Below, piece by piece: positions 31,568 to 41,048 of a DNA stretch of 64,000 nt; position 1 is the stretch's first letter, and every line of letters starts with the position of its first letter. Source of the DNA: Dehalococcoidia bacterium (GTDB lineage: Bacteria; Chloroflexota; Dehalococcoidia; SM23-28-2; RBG-16-64-32); the NCBI GenBank assembly GCA_963665775.2, contig CAXXTF010000002.1, forward strand, positions 992,001 to 1,056,000, written 5' to 3'. The notes under the pieces were generated by a model that worked only from the letters and a program-made list of their open reading frames with translations, did no database searches and was not told the DNA's origin. A program made the translations under genes and the position numbers.

Positions 31568-31897
31568 TTGCCATACGACGATAAGCTCGCCGAGCGGGTC
31601 CGTGCGGCCCTGGGAAAGCAGGAAGGGCTGACGGAGAAGAGGATGTTCGGGGGGCTCTCCTTCATGCTCCGTGGCAACATGTGCTGTGGGGTCTTGAAGG
31701 ATGACCTGGTCGTCCGGGTAGGGCCAGGCGGGTTTGAGGAGGCGCTGGCCGAACCTCACGCCCGACCGATGGACTTCACGGGCCGGCCGATGAGAGGGAT
31801 GGTATACGTGGGCCCGGGCGGGTATCGGAGTGACGACGATTTGGCGGCGTGGCTGAAACGGGCCGTCGACTTCGCCCGGTCGCTGGCCCCCAAGTAG
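31568..31897 (+). CDS. TfoX N-terminal domain protein
   Basis: 'YDDKLAERVR...EKRMFGG..FM..GNMCCG...MDFTGRPMRG'. Confidence 0.88.
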   Translation: MPYDDKLAERVRAALGKQEGLTEKRMFGGLSFMLRGNMCCGVLKDDLVVRVGPGGFEEALAEPHARPMDFTGRPMRGMVYVGPGGYRSDDDLAAWLKRAVDFARSLAPK

Positions 31898-32220
31898 CGC
31901 TTGTGGCGTCCGGAAGATAGCGGCGGTCGGAATCGCGGTCGACTTGCACCACCCTGGCCAAGCGAAGCGAGCTGCCGAGATCCTGACCAGCCGGGATAAA
32001 GAGCGGGTGTCGGCCAAGCCATGGGTTATCTTGATTCCGTCTTCGCCGGCAGCTCATGGTCGCGTAGCTCGTCGTCAGGAGATAGCCTATAATCTCACCG
32101 GACCAAGAAATAATCATCTGAGCACCGCCCTCTCCACGCCTCGGGCACTTCGGGCAAAGGGTGGACTCCGCGGCCTCGAGAACAGCAGATCCCCTACGAT
32201 CTCCGACGGGAGTGCAGGCA

Positions 32221-32655
32221 ATGAAAATTGAATCAATCCTAGCCACCATCACCTTAAGACTGATTACAATCCGCCCGGATCAGTCGCTCCAAGATGCCGT
32301 GGACCTCTTGGCCGAGCAGAACGTCGGAGCGCTCATAGTCGTAGGCGAATCTGGGCGGCCACTTGGGATCATTTCTGAGCGCGATATTGTTCGCGAAGCG
32401 TCTCGGTCTGAGGATTTCCTTGCCCAACCTGTTAGCCGTGTGATGACCTCTGACCTTATCACGGTCTCGCCGGAGGATGATGTGGAGCCAGTGATTCAGA
32501 TAATGATGACCCGGCATATCCGCCACTTACCAGTTATCGACCAACAGCGCCTCATAGGAGTTGTGTCCATTCGGGACGTGCTCAAAGCCCATGTCAGCAA
32601 TATTCAAGGAGAAGTTGACACGTTGCAAGCGCAGATTATGGAAGAACAGTTGTGA
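32221..32655 (+). CDS. CBS domain protein
   Basis: CBS pair ('GIISERD', 'IRHLPV...GVVSIRD'). Confidence 0.9.
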   Translation: MKIESILATITLRLITIRPDQSLQDAVDLLAEQNVGALIVVGESGRPLGIISERDIVREASRSEDFLAQPVSRVMTSDLITVSPEDDVEPVIQIMMTRHIRHLPVIDQQRLIGVVSIRDVLKAHVSNIQGEVDTLQAQIMEEQL

Positions 32656-32747
32656 CTTCCCCATACCGGACGCACGCTTCGGTTCAAGTTGCCGCCTCGG
32701 CAGTACAACGGCGGATGACGAGCCTGGTTCGCGGCTGGTAAACATTC

Positions 32748-34148
32748 ATGCAATCGGTCGGTACTGACGCTAACCCTCTGCGAGTCGCCATTATAGGTTC
32801 CGGGCCAGCCGCCTTCTATGCAGCCAGTCACCTGTTCAAGCAGGAGGGCCTGCAGGCTGAGCTGGACATGTTCGAGCGCCTACCGACACCATACGGTTTG
32901 GTGCGGGCCGGCGTCGCACCTGATCACTACAAAATCAAGTCGGTGACACGCGTATTTAGCAAGATCGCGTCCCATCCGCGTTTCCGTTTCTACGGGTCCG
33001 TCGAACTTGGCAAGCACATCTCGGTACCAGATCTCAGGGAACACTATCACCAGATTCTGTACGCAACGGGGGCGCAAACTGACAGGCAGATGGGCATCCC
33101 TGGCGAAGAGCTCACAGGTATTCACCCCGCCACCGAGTTCGTCGGATGGTATAACGGCCACCCCGATTACGGGGACTGTACGTTCGATCTATCCCAGAGA
33201 AGCGCGGCGATCGTCGGAGTGGGCAACGTTGCCATCGACGTTGCACGTATCCTATGCCTCACTCCTGACGAGCTTGCCGTCACTGATATGGCCGGCCACG
33301 CTCGGGAAGCCCTCAGCCAGAGTAGTGTCCAAGAAGTGCATCTGCTCGCACGTCGTGGCCCTGCCCAGGCGGCGTTCACGAATCCAGAGATTAAGGAGCT
33401 TGGCAACCTGGCCGATGCGGAGATCTCCGTACTCCCGGAAGAGGCCCAGCTAGACGACCTGAGCCGCGCCGCGCTCACGGCTGAAGATGATCAGACTACC
33501 CAGCGGAAGGTCGCGATACTGCAGGGGTATGCCTCAAGGAAGCGCGTTGGGAAAAGGCGTCAAATATACGTGCGCTTCTTAGTCTCGCCGATAGAACTGG
33601 TTGGCTCGGCTGCGGGCCAACTTGTGTCTGTGCGCCTGGCGAAGAATGAACTCTACCAGACCGAAGCGGGGACGCTGAGGCCGAAAGCGACAGATCGGGT
33701 CGAAGAGTTGTCAGCCGGCCTGCTCTTCCGCTCCGTGGGTTATCGAGGAGAGGCACTACCGGGAGTGCCGTTCAACGATCGCTGGGGCGTAATCCTTAAC
33801 GAAGCCGGCCGCGTAATCGATCCAGTCACGCAACAACCTGTGGTGGGTGAGTACTGTTCGGGCTGGATAAAGAGGGGCCCGAGCGGTGTCATCGGCACGA
33901 ACAAAGCGGATTCGGTAGAATCGGTGAACTGCATGCTCGAAGATCTGGATAGTGGGTCCATTCTTCGACCCTCAGAGCCTGAGCCGAGCAAGATGGAGGG
34001 TCTGGTGCGTGAGCGCCAACCAAACTATTTCTCGTGGGCCAATTGGCAACATCTCGACGAAATAGAGAGGCGCAACGGTGAAGCAGACGGGCGCTCACGT
34101 GAGAAGTTCACACGAGTAAAGGACATGCGCGCGGCAATTGGGCGCTAG
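32748..34148 (+). CDS. Ferredoxin-NADP+ reductase (FprA/adrenodoxin reductase-like)
   Basis: 'IGSGPAAFY', 'PYGLVRAGVAPDH', 'FVGWYNGHP', 'GVGNVAIDVAR' and 'GWIKRGPSGVIGTN'. Confidence 0.93.
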   Translation: MQSVGTDANPLRVAIIGSGPAAFYAASHLFKQEGLQAELDMFERLPTPYGLVRAGVAPDHYKIKSVTRVFSKIASHPRFRFYGSVELGKHISVPDLREHYHQILYATGAQTDRQMGIPGEELTGIHPATEFVGWYNGHPDYGDCTFDLSQRSAAIVGVGNVAIDVARILCLTPDELAVTDMAGHAREALSQSSVQEVHLLARRGPAQAAFTNPEIKELGNLADAEISVLPEEAQLDDLSRAALTAEDDQTTQRKVAILQGYASRKRVGKRRQIYVRFLVSPIELVGSAAGQLVSVRLAKNELYQTEAGTLRPKATDRVEELSAGLLFRSVGYRGEALPGVPFNDRWGVILNEAGRVIDPVTQQPVVGEYCSGWIKRGPSGVIGTNKADSVESVNCMLEDLDSGSILRPSEPEPSKMEGLVRERQPNYFSWANWQHLDEIERRNGEADGRSREKFTRVKDMRAAIGR

Positions 34149-34629
34149 CCACCCGAAGTCGACGCACAGCCCCACCCGGTCACCATCTGGAATCCGCGCA
34201 TCCCACGTAGCTTCTGTCCCGGTGCTCGTCCCCCTCGCCCGAACGACGGCGAACGAGTTCGGTATAGCGATGAGTGATCCCAGTTTCATGGTAGCTGTAC
34301 TTCCCTGCGAGCAATTGAGGGGCGTGCGTCGTTACGTGCAAATCACCGTGTTTCTCGATCCAAACCTTCGCCACGAGTACCGAATTCGGAGGTTGACCGC
34401 AGCCTGTGTAGAGTTCTAGGAGCTTCTTCGACGTGGCCGATCATGCCGCAAGAAACACGCCCAGGAGTTTATCACCACTGGACGAACATCGGCATCTATG
34501 TTCAATGGCGGCCAAATCGCATGCGTGCCATTCGAGCTAACCCTGGCCTTGAGCGCTTAGCCTGTGAGAGCGATGACAGGTGGCACGCCAGGCTGCCGGG
34601 CGCCTGTTTCTTGCTCGCCTTGATTTGTT

Positions 34630-34652
34630 GGGGGGGGGGGGGGGGGGGGGGG
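34630..34652 (+). repeat. G23 homopolymer
   Basis: Read directly from the sequence. Confidence 0.9.
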
Positions 34653-34723
34653 CAGATTGCGGGTGACAGCCTCAGGGTCTGACTCTTGACAGACGTCGGA
34701 CCGACAACCTTTACGGTCGTGTA

Positions 34724-34761
34724 GACGACGATTGTCGGCGCTGGCGCCGACAATCGTCGTC
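34724..34761. repeat. Perfect 18-bp inverted repeat
   Basis: GACGACGATTGTCGGCGC-tg-GCGCCGACAATCGTCGTC. Confidence 0.85.
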
Positions 34762-35090
34762 ACGTTGGCCTCCCCAGGCTGCCTCTCCGAGCTCTTGAGG
34801 GTGGCCGTGGCCTTACCAGCGCCGGAGTTTCCCAGCCCTAATCGGCCTCAACACTCACCCGCAGCAACTCGCCCCCGGCTTCCAGGCGCACCAGACCAAC
34901 GCGCCCGGGTAGAGTCTTAGCGACTTGCCCCGCTCCTTGGCCCACCGGCCAATGCGTTCGACGAGCTGGCTCTTGCGGTAAAGACGTGATAGACCGATTT
35001 GTACTCAGTCCGGGAGACCGCGGCTCAGCTTAGTCGTCAGGCCCAATAGACACCGATAAGACAGTTGTTGGGTCTGGCGAAGGGTGACAA

Positions 35091-36356
35091 TCAGGGCGCG
35101 AAGCGGTAGACGACGGGTAGCTCTGCAATGTCTGTGACTCTGGGATCGGTGTGGTGCGATATGTGAACGCGGCCGGTGCCGCAGTCGCCGAACTCGTCAC
35201 AGGAGATAACCCCGATGATGCCCCTAAAGCCGGTGGTACCGGTCAGCGCCTCCCGGAGCCTGGCCCGGTCGATGTAAAGGGTATCTCCGTCGACAACCGC
35301 GACCTCCTCGATGGCCCGAAGGAGGATAGTGGCTGCGTCATAAGCGTGGGCCAGGTAAGCGGATGTGGGCGTCTCGCCGTACCGCTCTCGATAGTCGGCG
35401 ATGAGCGTGTCGCCGCTCTTGCCGGTCGCCTCGTTGGTATTGTCGCCAAAGCTCAACTCGGGACCTGGGAAGTAGATGCCTTCCGACTCGGGGATGGCTA
35501 GGAACTCGGGGGTCAGCAGGGCCGCACCGCCAACGAGTGTCACGTCCTCAAGCCCAGCGATCTGGCCGAGCTGCCGGACGATGGATGCGCCTTCTTTTTG
35601 GAAAAGCGGAAAGAAGATGCCGTCCGGACTGCCAGCTGCAATCTGAGTGAGGACGGGGGCCATGTCCGTATCGCCCCTGCTGACAGTGGCGATGTCGACC
35701 GAGCCGCCAAGCTCTTCGAACGCGGTAGTGAAGGCGCCGGTCAAGCCGGAGGTGTACGGGTCGCCGTCATGGATGGCAGCCATGCTGCGCAGGCGGAGTT
35801 CGTTGTAGGCGAACTGAGCGACCGCCCGTGCCTTGTAGAGGTCGTTGCTGGCAGTCCGGTAGTAGCCGGGGTGGTAGTTGGAACCGGCGTTGCCGCGAAA
35901 GTCGGAGGTCAGCGAGGGGGACGTAGTGGAGGATGCAACCATCACCAGACCGGCTGCGCTGAGGATTGGCGAAGCAGCCATGGCAGCGACGGAGCAAGAC
36001 GGGCCAATTACGCCGACGATTCGGGGGTCGCCGGTCACCGTATTGGCGGCGGCACGTCCACCTTCCTCGGTGCAGAGAGAGTCAAGACCGGCAGCCATCG
36101 AGACATCGTGCCCTTTGATAGGGCCGTAGTCCGCCAACGCCAGCACAACTCCGCGGTGGCTGGGAACGCCTAGTTCGCCGAGACCCGTAAGTACGTGCAT
36201 CGAACGTATCTGGATAGCATCGCCGGGAGCCAACTCCACGGCTCCAAGCCGACCGGCTTCGAAATCCTGTCCGCCGCAGGAGACGGCCGCCAGCACAAGA
36301 GCTGAAAGCAAGCCAAGCCAGCGTAATGGTTTGGGACAGGGCCGGTATGTGATCAT
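35091..36356 (-). CDS. Branched-chain amino acid ABC transporter substrate-binding lipoprotein (orphan)
   Basis: Lipobox AVSC plus 'GVIGPSCS', 'YYRTASND', 'IHDGDPY' and 'AHAYDA'. Confidence 0.9.
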   Translation of the reverse strand: MITYRPCPKPLRWLGLLSALVLAAVSCGGQDFEAGRLGAVELAPGDAIQIRSMHVLTGLGELGVPSHRGVVLALADYGPIKGHDVSMAAGLDSLCTEEGGRAAANTVTGDPRIVGVIGPSCSVAAMAASPILSAAGLVMVASSTTSPSLTSDFRGNAGSNYHPGYYRTASNDLYKARAVAQFAYNELRLRSMAAIHDGDPYTSGLTGAFTTAFEELGGSVDIATVSRGDTDMAPVLTQIAAGSPDGIFFPLFQKEGASIVRQLGQIAGLEDVTLVGGAALLTPEFLAIPESEGIYFPGPELSFGDNTNEATGKSGDTLIADYRERYGETPTSAYLAHAYDAATILLRAIEEVAVVDGDTLYIDRARLREALTGTTGFRGIIGVISCDEFGDCGTGRVHISHHTDPRVTDIAELPVVYRFAP

Positions 36357-36500
36357 TAGCGTTCTCCACTCTATCCCTACCTGAGACTAACTGCTTCCGC
36401 CGCTGTTCCGCTTCTTGCAACGTGCGGCTCGAGGATCGCGTGTTGCCAAGCAAACCGTACCACACCGCGGCGATCAGCGCACCTTTTGTGACCTGCCCCC

Positions 36501-37330
36501 CTAAACGCTACCACAGGCTATGATTAGTGTGGCCATCGCCGTAGTCTCCAGGGATGCCGCGGTGGAGCCCGGCCATGGCACGATCGCTTGCGGTGCTGGC
36601 GGCCGGTAGCCGAGAGCGCTATGCGGGCGCACCTCGTTGTAGTTCCGTCGCCACCGCTCGCAGAGGACCTGTGCTTCCAGCACCGTGTCGAACACCTCCC
36701 CATTCAATAGTTCATCACGTAGCTTCCCATTGAACGACTCGATGTAGCCGTTCTCCCAGGGGCTCCCGGGCTCGATATACAGAGTCTGCACGCCTACCCG
36801 CTCTAGCCAGGTCCGGAGCGCACGTGCCGTGAACTCTGGCCCGTTGTCCGAGCGCAGGTAGCCAGGCACTCCCTTGTGAACTCGTCCAGCACCGTCAAGA
36901 GCCGCAGGGGACGGCCGTCGCTGGTGCGGGTAAACACGAAGTCGTAGCTCCAGACGTGGTTAGGCTCAGTCAGCCTGAGCCTAACGCAGGAGCCGTCTGT
37001 CAACCAGAGCCGCCTCCGCTTCGGCTGCTTCGCCGGCACCTTCAGGCCTTCCCGCCGCCAGAGCCGCTCTACCCGCTTGTGGTTCACCCGAAAACCCTCC
37101 TCTCGCAGCAGGGCGGTCACCCGTCGGTAACCGTAGCGCCCGTACTCGGTCGCTAGCTCCACCATCCGCCTCAGCAGCCTCCCTTCATCGTCGGGAGGAG
37201 AACCCCACCGCCGCTGCGTCGATCGCTCCTGCCCCAGGGCCTGGCAGGCCCGGCGCTCCGAGATGACCGCGTGGCCCAACGCATTCCGCACCCAGACCAC
37301 CGCCTGTCGTCTCTTGGCCGGGCTCAGAAG
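36501..37330 (-). pseudogene. IS3 OrfB DDE transposase with internal deletion and frameshift
   Basis: YGYRR, NHKRV, WSYDF and DEFTREC are followed by a jump straight to [10 protein letters not shown] in another frame, then [12 protein letters not shown] and RPHSALGY. Confidence 0.85.
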
Positions 37331-37602
37331 TTTCCCTGCGCCGCCTCCTTCAGGATGGCGTTGTCCAGGGAGAGATCGGCTACCAGCTTCTTCAGCCCCA
37401 GGTTCTCCTGCTCCAGCTCCCGCAGCCGCTTGGCCTGCTCCCTCCTCAGGCCGCCCTACTCCTTCCGCCAGCGGTAGTAGATCTGCTCTGCCACGCCCAG
37501 CTTCCTGCAGACCTCGGGCACAGCCAGGCCCTTAGCCAGCCCGACCTCCGCCTCCCTCAACTTGTTGATGATCTCCTCTGCCGTGTGATGCTGCCTGCCC
37601 AA
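37324..37602 (-). pseudogene. IS3 OrfA with in-frame TAG
   Basis: ...EEIINKLREAE...YYRWRKE*GG...ELEQEN..LKKLVADLSLDNAILKE..QGNF. Stop at 37456-37458. Confidence 0.85.
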
Positions 37603-37869
37603 TCCTTCTGCCCCCTTTCTCTGGCCCAGAACCCCTGATTACTAACATTGGGCCTGGACTCGTTTTCGGGGGCAAGGTCACCGTAGGAGGAATGTGATAC
37701 AAGAACTCCGTTCGCATTGAAGCGGCAACCAGGCGGTGGGCGCATGTTTGCATTTCGTTTGCAAAATGGCCCTCCGGTGATTTGCAGAGCTTCTGGGCAA
37801 GTGCTAAATCGACCTGACTCAGATACGATTTGGGTGCCTCTGGCGGGGTCAGCGGAACCAGGTCGATGA

Positions 37870-39284
37870 TTAGCTAGGGGAGTAAGAGACCGCTCCCTGA
37901 TGGCATTGTGCCTGGGAAGGGCCACGCAGAAGCTGCTGCCCTCTTTGCTGGCGCTCTCCACCCAGATGCGGCCGTTGTGCAGCTCCACCAGGGACTTGGC
38001 GATGGCCAGGCCCAGGCCGAGGCCGGACCGGTCACCGCGATAAAACGGTTCGAAGATGCGCTCCCGGTCCTCCGTGGCGACACCGGGTCCAGAGTCGATC
38101 ACGCTCACGATGACCTCTCCCTTCTCGACACGGCTGCACACCTCGACACGGCCGCCGCGAGGCGTATAGCGCTGGGCGTTGGAGAGGAGGTTAATCAACA
38201 CCTGCTCGAAGCGCAGGCGATCGACCAGGAGAGCGGTGTCGGGCGCGGCCAGCCGTATCTCCAGGGTCTGATGCTTGGCCGCGATGAGGGGCTGGATGAT
38301 GCCCGCAGCGCTGGCGACGATGTCGCCCAGGGTCGCCTCATCTAGCTCAAGCCGAGGTTAAAACTCGTCCTCTCGGGAGACGTTTACCAGATCAGCCACA
38401 AGGCTGGAGAGACGAGAAGCCCCCTTCACGATGTGGCGCACCAGCCGCGTGCGGGTGTCGCTGCCGGCGTCCCTCTCCTCCTCCAGAAGCATCTCAGCCG
38501 CCATCTTTATCGACGTGAGCGGCGTCCGCAGCTCGTGGGAGACGGTCGTCAAGAAATCGCTCTTCATGCGGTTGACCTGCTGTAGGTGATGGGCATGGGC
38601 CCGCTGGCCCTCGTACAGGCGGCAGTTGTCCAGAGCCAGCCCCATGACCATGCCCAGAGCGGCTAGCAACCTCTGATCGCGCGTCTCACCGTTACTTCGA
38701 TCGGCAGCCACGGCCAGCACACCCTCCGGACGCTCGCGGCCGACCAGGGGCACGTAGATTATCCGTTCCCCCTTGCCGAGGCTCTTGAACCAGGGGTCAT
38801 CACTGATCGAGGCCCTGCTTCCCTGCCGCAGCATCTCCTACAGCGAGCGCGGATCTAGGGACACCTGAGGAGCCCGCTCTAGCCATGCCGAGGGAAAGCC
38901 ACAGGCGGCTACGGGAAGCAGGGCCTCCCCATCCTCGCTCAGCCAGGCTACGACGACGGCTTCCGCGCGCAGCCAATGACCAACCAGCTCCGCGCCTCGC
39001 TGGCAGGCCTCGCGAAAGTCGTGGATAGAGGCCAGCTCATAGCCCAGGCGGTGGGGATAGGCGTAGCGGCGGCGCATGCGGTAGTCCCAGCGGGTGACAA
39101 GCTCTATGGCCATATAGGTATAGAGAGCAGCCAACGCTACCGCCAGGCCGGTCTGAAAGCCCGACAGTCCAAGAAGCAGGACGTATACGGGCGTGAGGCT
39201 GAGTATGGTCACCCCGAGCGCCAAAAGGGCCCAGCGCCTTAGAAGGCTGACTTCCCGTACGGGGTCCGAATGGAAATCTACCAT
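37870..39284 (-). pseudogene. Membrane GAF-domain sensor histidine kinase with two in-frame stops (3' end approximate)
   Basis: One frame holds two TM segments, a GAF-like domain, SHELRTPL, NLLSNA, DSGPG and GLGLGL. It is interrupted by TAG 38838-38840 and TAA 38358-38360. Confidence 0.85.
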
Positions 39285-39424
39285 GAGAAGAGAGCAGTTT
39301 CACAAAGTAAGGATGAGCTTTCATAGAGAGGAGTTACAGGACAGTCAGAAGAGATGGGAAAAACAGACGCCCCCAGAATTTGAATATTAACGTGGCAACG
39401 AGATGATGAGGGTGGAATTCCGTC

Positions 39425-40111
39425 CTAGACGGCGACGAACATATAGCCGACACCTCGCTCGCTGACGATGCGTCCGACGGTATCGGGATCGCCCTCTAGC
39501 TTCTGACGGAGGCGGCGGACATACACCTTGAGGTATTCCATCTCATCGGCGTACTCCCTACCCCAGACCTTGGCCAGCAAGGTGCGGTGAGACAGCACGC
39601 GGCCGGCGCTGCGGGTCAAGTGAAAGAGCAGCAGATACTCGGTGGGCGTCAGCCGCACTGGCTGACCGCGGAGGGTCACCTGGCGGCTGGCGTAATCGAT
39701 GCGGAGGTCGCCCGAGTCGAAGACCTCGCCTACGGCCGGGAGCTGGCTCTCGTAACGGCGAAGCACGGCCCGAACCCTGGCCAGAAGCTCCAGGTGGCTG
39801 AAAGGCTTGGTTACGTAATCGTCGGCACCCATCTCCAGGCCACGAACCTTGTCCATCTCGCCATCTCGGGCGCTCACCATGATGATGGGGACATCGGAGG
39901 AGCGCCGGACCTCCCGGCAGACCTGGAAGCCGTCACGATCCGGGAGCATGATGTCCAGCAGGATGAGATCGGGAGACGTCTCCTCAATCAAAGCGAGGGC
40001 CTCGTCTCCATTCTTGGCGGCGATGACCTCAGCCTCAGGCCAGCGCAGGCCGAAACAGAGGTTCACGACCTCGATGACGTCTGGCTCGTCGTCTACTACC
40101 AGTACCTTCAT
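39425..40111 (-). CDS. OmpR/KdpE-family response regulator
   Basis: MKVLVVDDE, LLDIMLP, GADDYVTKPF, winged HTH 'LKVYVRRLRQKL' and 'RGVGY'. Confidence 0.93.
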   Translation of the reverse strand: MKVLVVDDEPDVIEVVNLCFGLRWPEAEVIAAKNGDEALALIEETSPDLILLDIMLPDRDGFQVCREVRRSSDVPIIMVSARDGEMDKVRGLEMGADDYVTKPFSHLELLARVRAVLRRYESQLPAVGEVFDSGDLRIDYASRQVTLRGQPVRLTPTEYLLLFHLTRSAGRVLSHRTLLAKVWGREYADEMEYLKVYVRRLRQKLEGDPDTVGRIVSERGVGYMFVAV

Positions 40112-40276
40112 TGCAGTCCTATCAGGGTCGGGCCCTCTCAAGATATGTAACAGGGCCGGACACACCGTTACAAAGGTAAGATTCCGCATACCCTCAGGTT
40201 GTTACAGGGGTGGCGGTGGCAGTAGACAGACGTAATGTAGCAGCACAGCTTTAACCGTAGTGCGCGGCGACTACTG

Positions 40277-40792
40277 TTACTGCCCGGAGTCCGGGACAGC
40301 TTCCTTAGACTGCCCGTTACGGCGCCCACATGGATGCCCGGTGGGATCTATGGGAAGACCGCAAAGCTGACATACCGGCCGGCCGGCCTCGACGATCTCG
40401 TCTAGCTGAACCGCAACGACTGAGCACTGCGCCAAGGTTAGTCGAACGCGCAGGGTGGGGTCATCCTCTTCGCCGAGACCGAGCTCGTGCACTTGCAGGG
40501 CGACAGTTTGGTTAGACTCATCGAACCCGACACCGATGATACCGACTCGGAACTCGCGCTCAGCGGCCTCGGGAATCTCCTCGGCAACTGCCATATCTGG
40601 CCGGTCTTCATACTTGAGCCCGGAGATGATCCGCCGGAATGCGAAGCCTAGCGCTCGCACATGCTCCTTCTCGACCCAAAGCCAGACGGTCTCGGACGCG
40701 GAGCCCAGTATGCGTATTCGGAAGGTCCGTTGGCCCGGCTCCCCGAACGATCGCACGTCAATGCGCCGTGCAACGCCAAAGTCGATCGACAT
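40277..40792 (-). CDS. DUF3090 family protein
   Basis: 'GEPGQRTF', 'EKE', 'FRVG' and 'AGRPVCQLCGLPIDPTGHPC.RRNG'. Confidence 0.82.
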   Translation of the reverse strand: MSIDFGVARRIDVRSFGEPGQRTFRIRILGSASETVWLWVEKEHVRALGFAFRRIISGLKYEDRPDMAVAEEIPEAAEREFRVGIIGVGFDESNQTVALQVHELGLGEEDDPTLRVRLTLAQCSVVAVQLDEIVEAGRPVCQLCGLPIDPTGHPCGRRNGQSKEAVPDSGQ

Positions 40793-41048
40793 TCGTCCGC
40801 CCCCAGACAAACCACATTGGGCCGCCAGCCCACGATTTCTAACTGATGATAGCCCGGCAGCAAACTTCCGGTCAAAGGCGCACCGCGGTTTCGATGCCAA
40901 AACGGCCCCGGCGGGAGCGCGATTGGGCCGCCGTCTTCTCATCGCTGCCCCTTGCGGTCAGCGGCGACGGCGAGTAAGCTGAACCGAAAAAGCCCGTGTA
41001 TGCCACAGAGGGGGGCTGCAATTGTGAGCGCACCCTTACGCTGACGCC

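Larger units (their letters stand above)
36489..37680 (-). mobile_element. IS3-family (IS407-like) insertion sequence, inactivated
   Basis: Imperfect terminal IRs TGACCTGCCCCCCTAAACG / TGACCTTGCCCCCGAAAACG. orfA and orfB joined by a GGGAAAC frameshift motif (37330-37336). No clear target duplication. Confidence 0.88.

Noticed and set aside
3868-38840. Stop-codon reassignment (UAG/UAA read as Gln, or pyrrolysine) to explain the many in-frame stops
   Set aside because: TAG and TAA end intact conserved genes at their expected C-termini (rpmI, rplT, spt-like, infC). The same region also has frameshifts and truncations, so decay or sequencing error is the simpler explanation.
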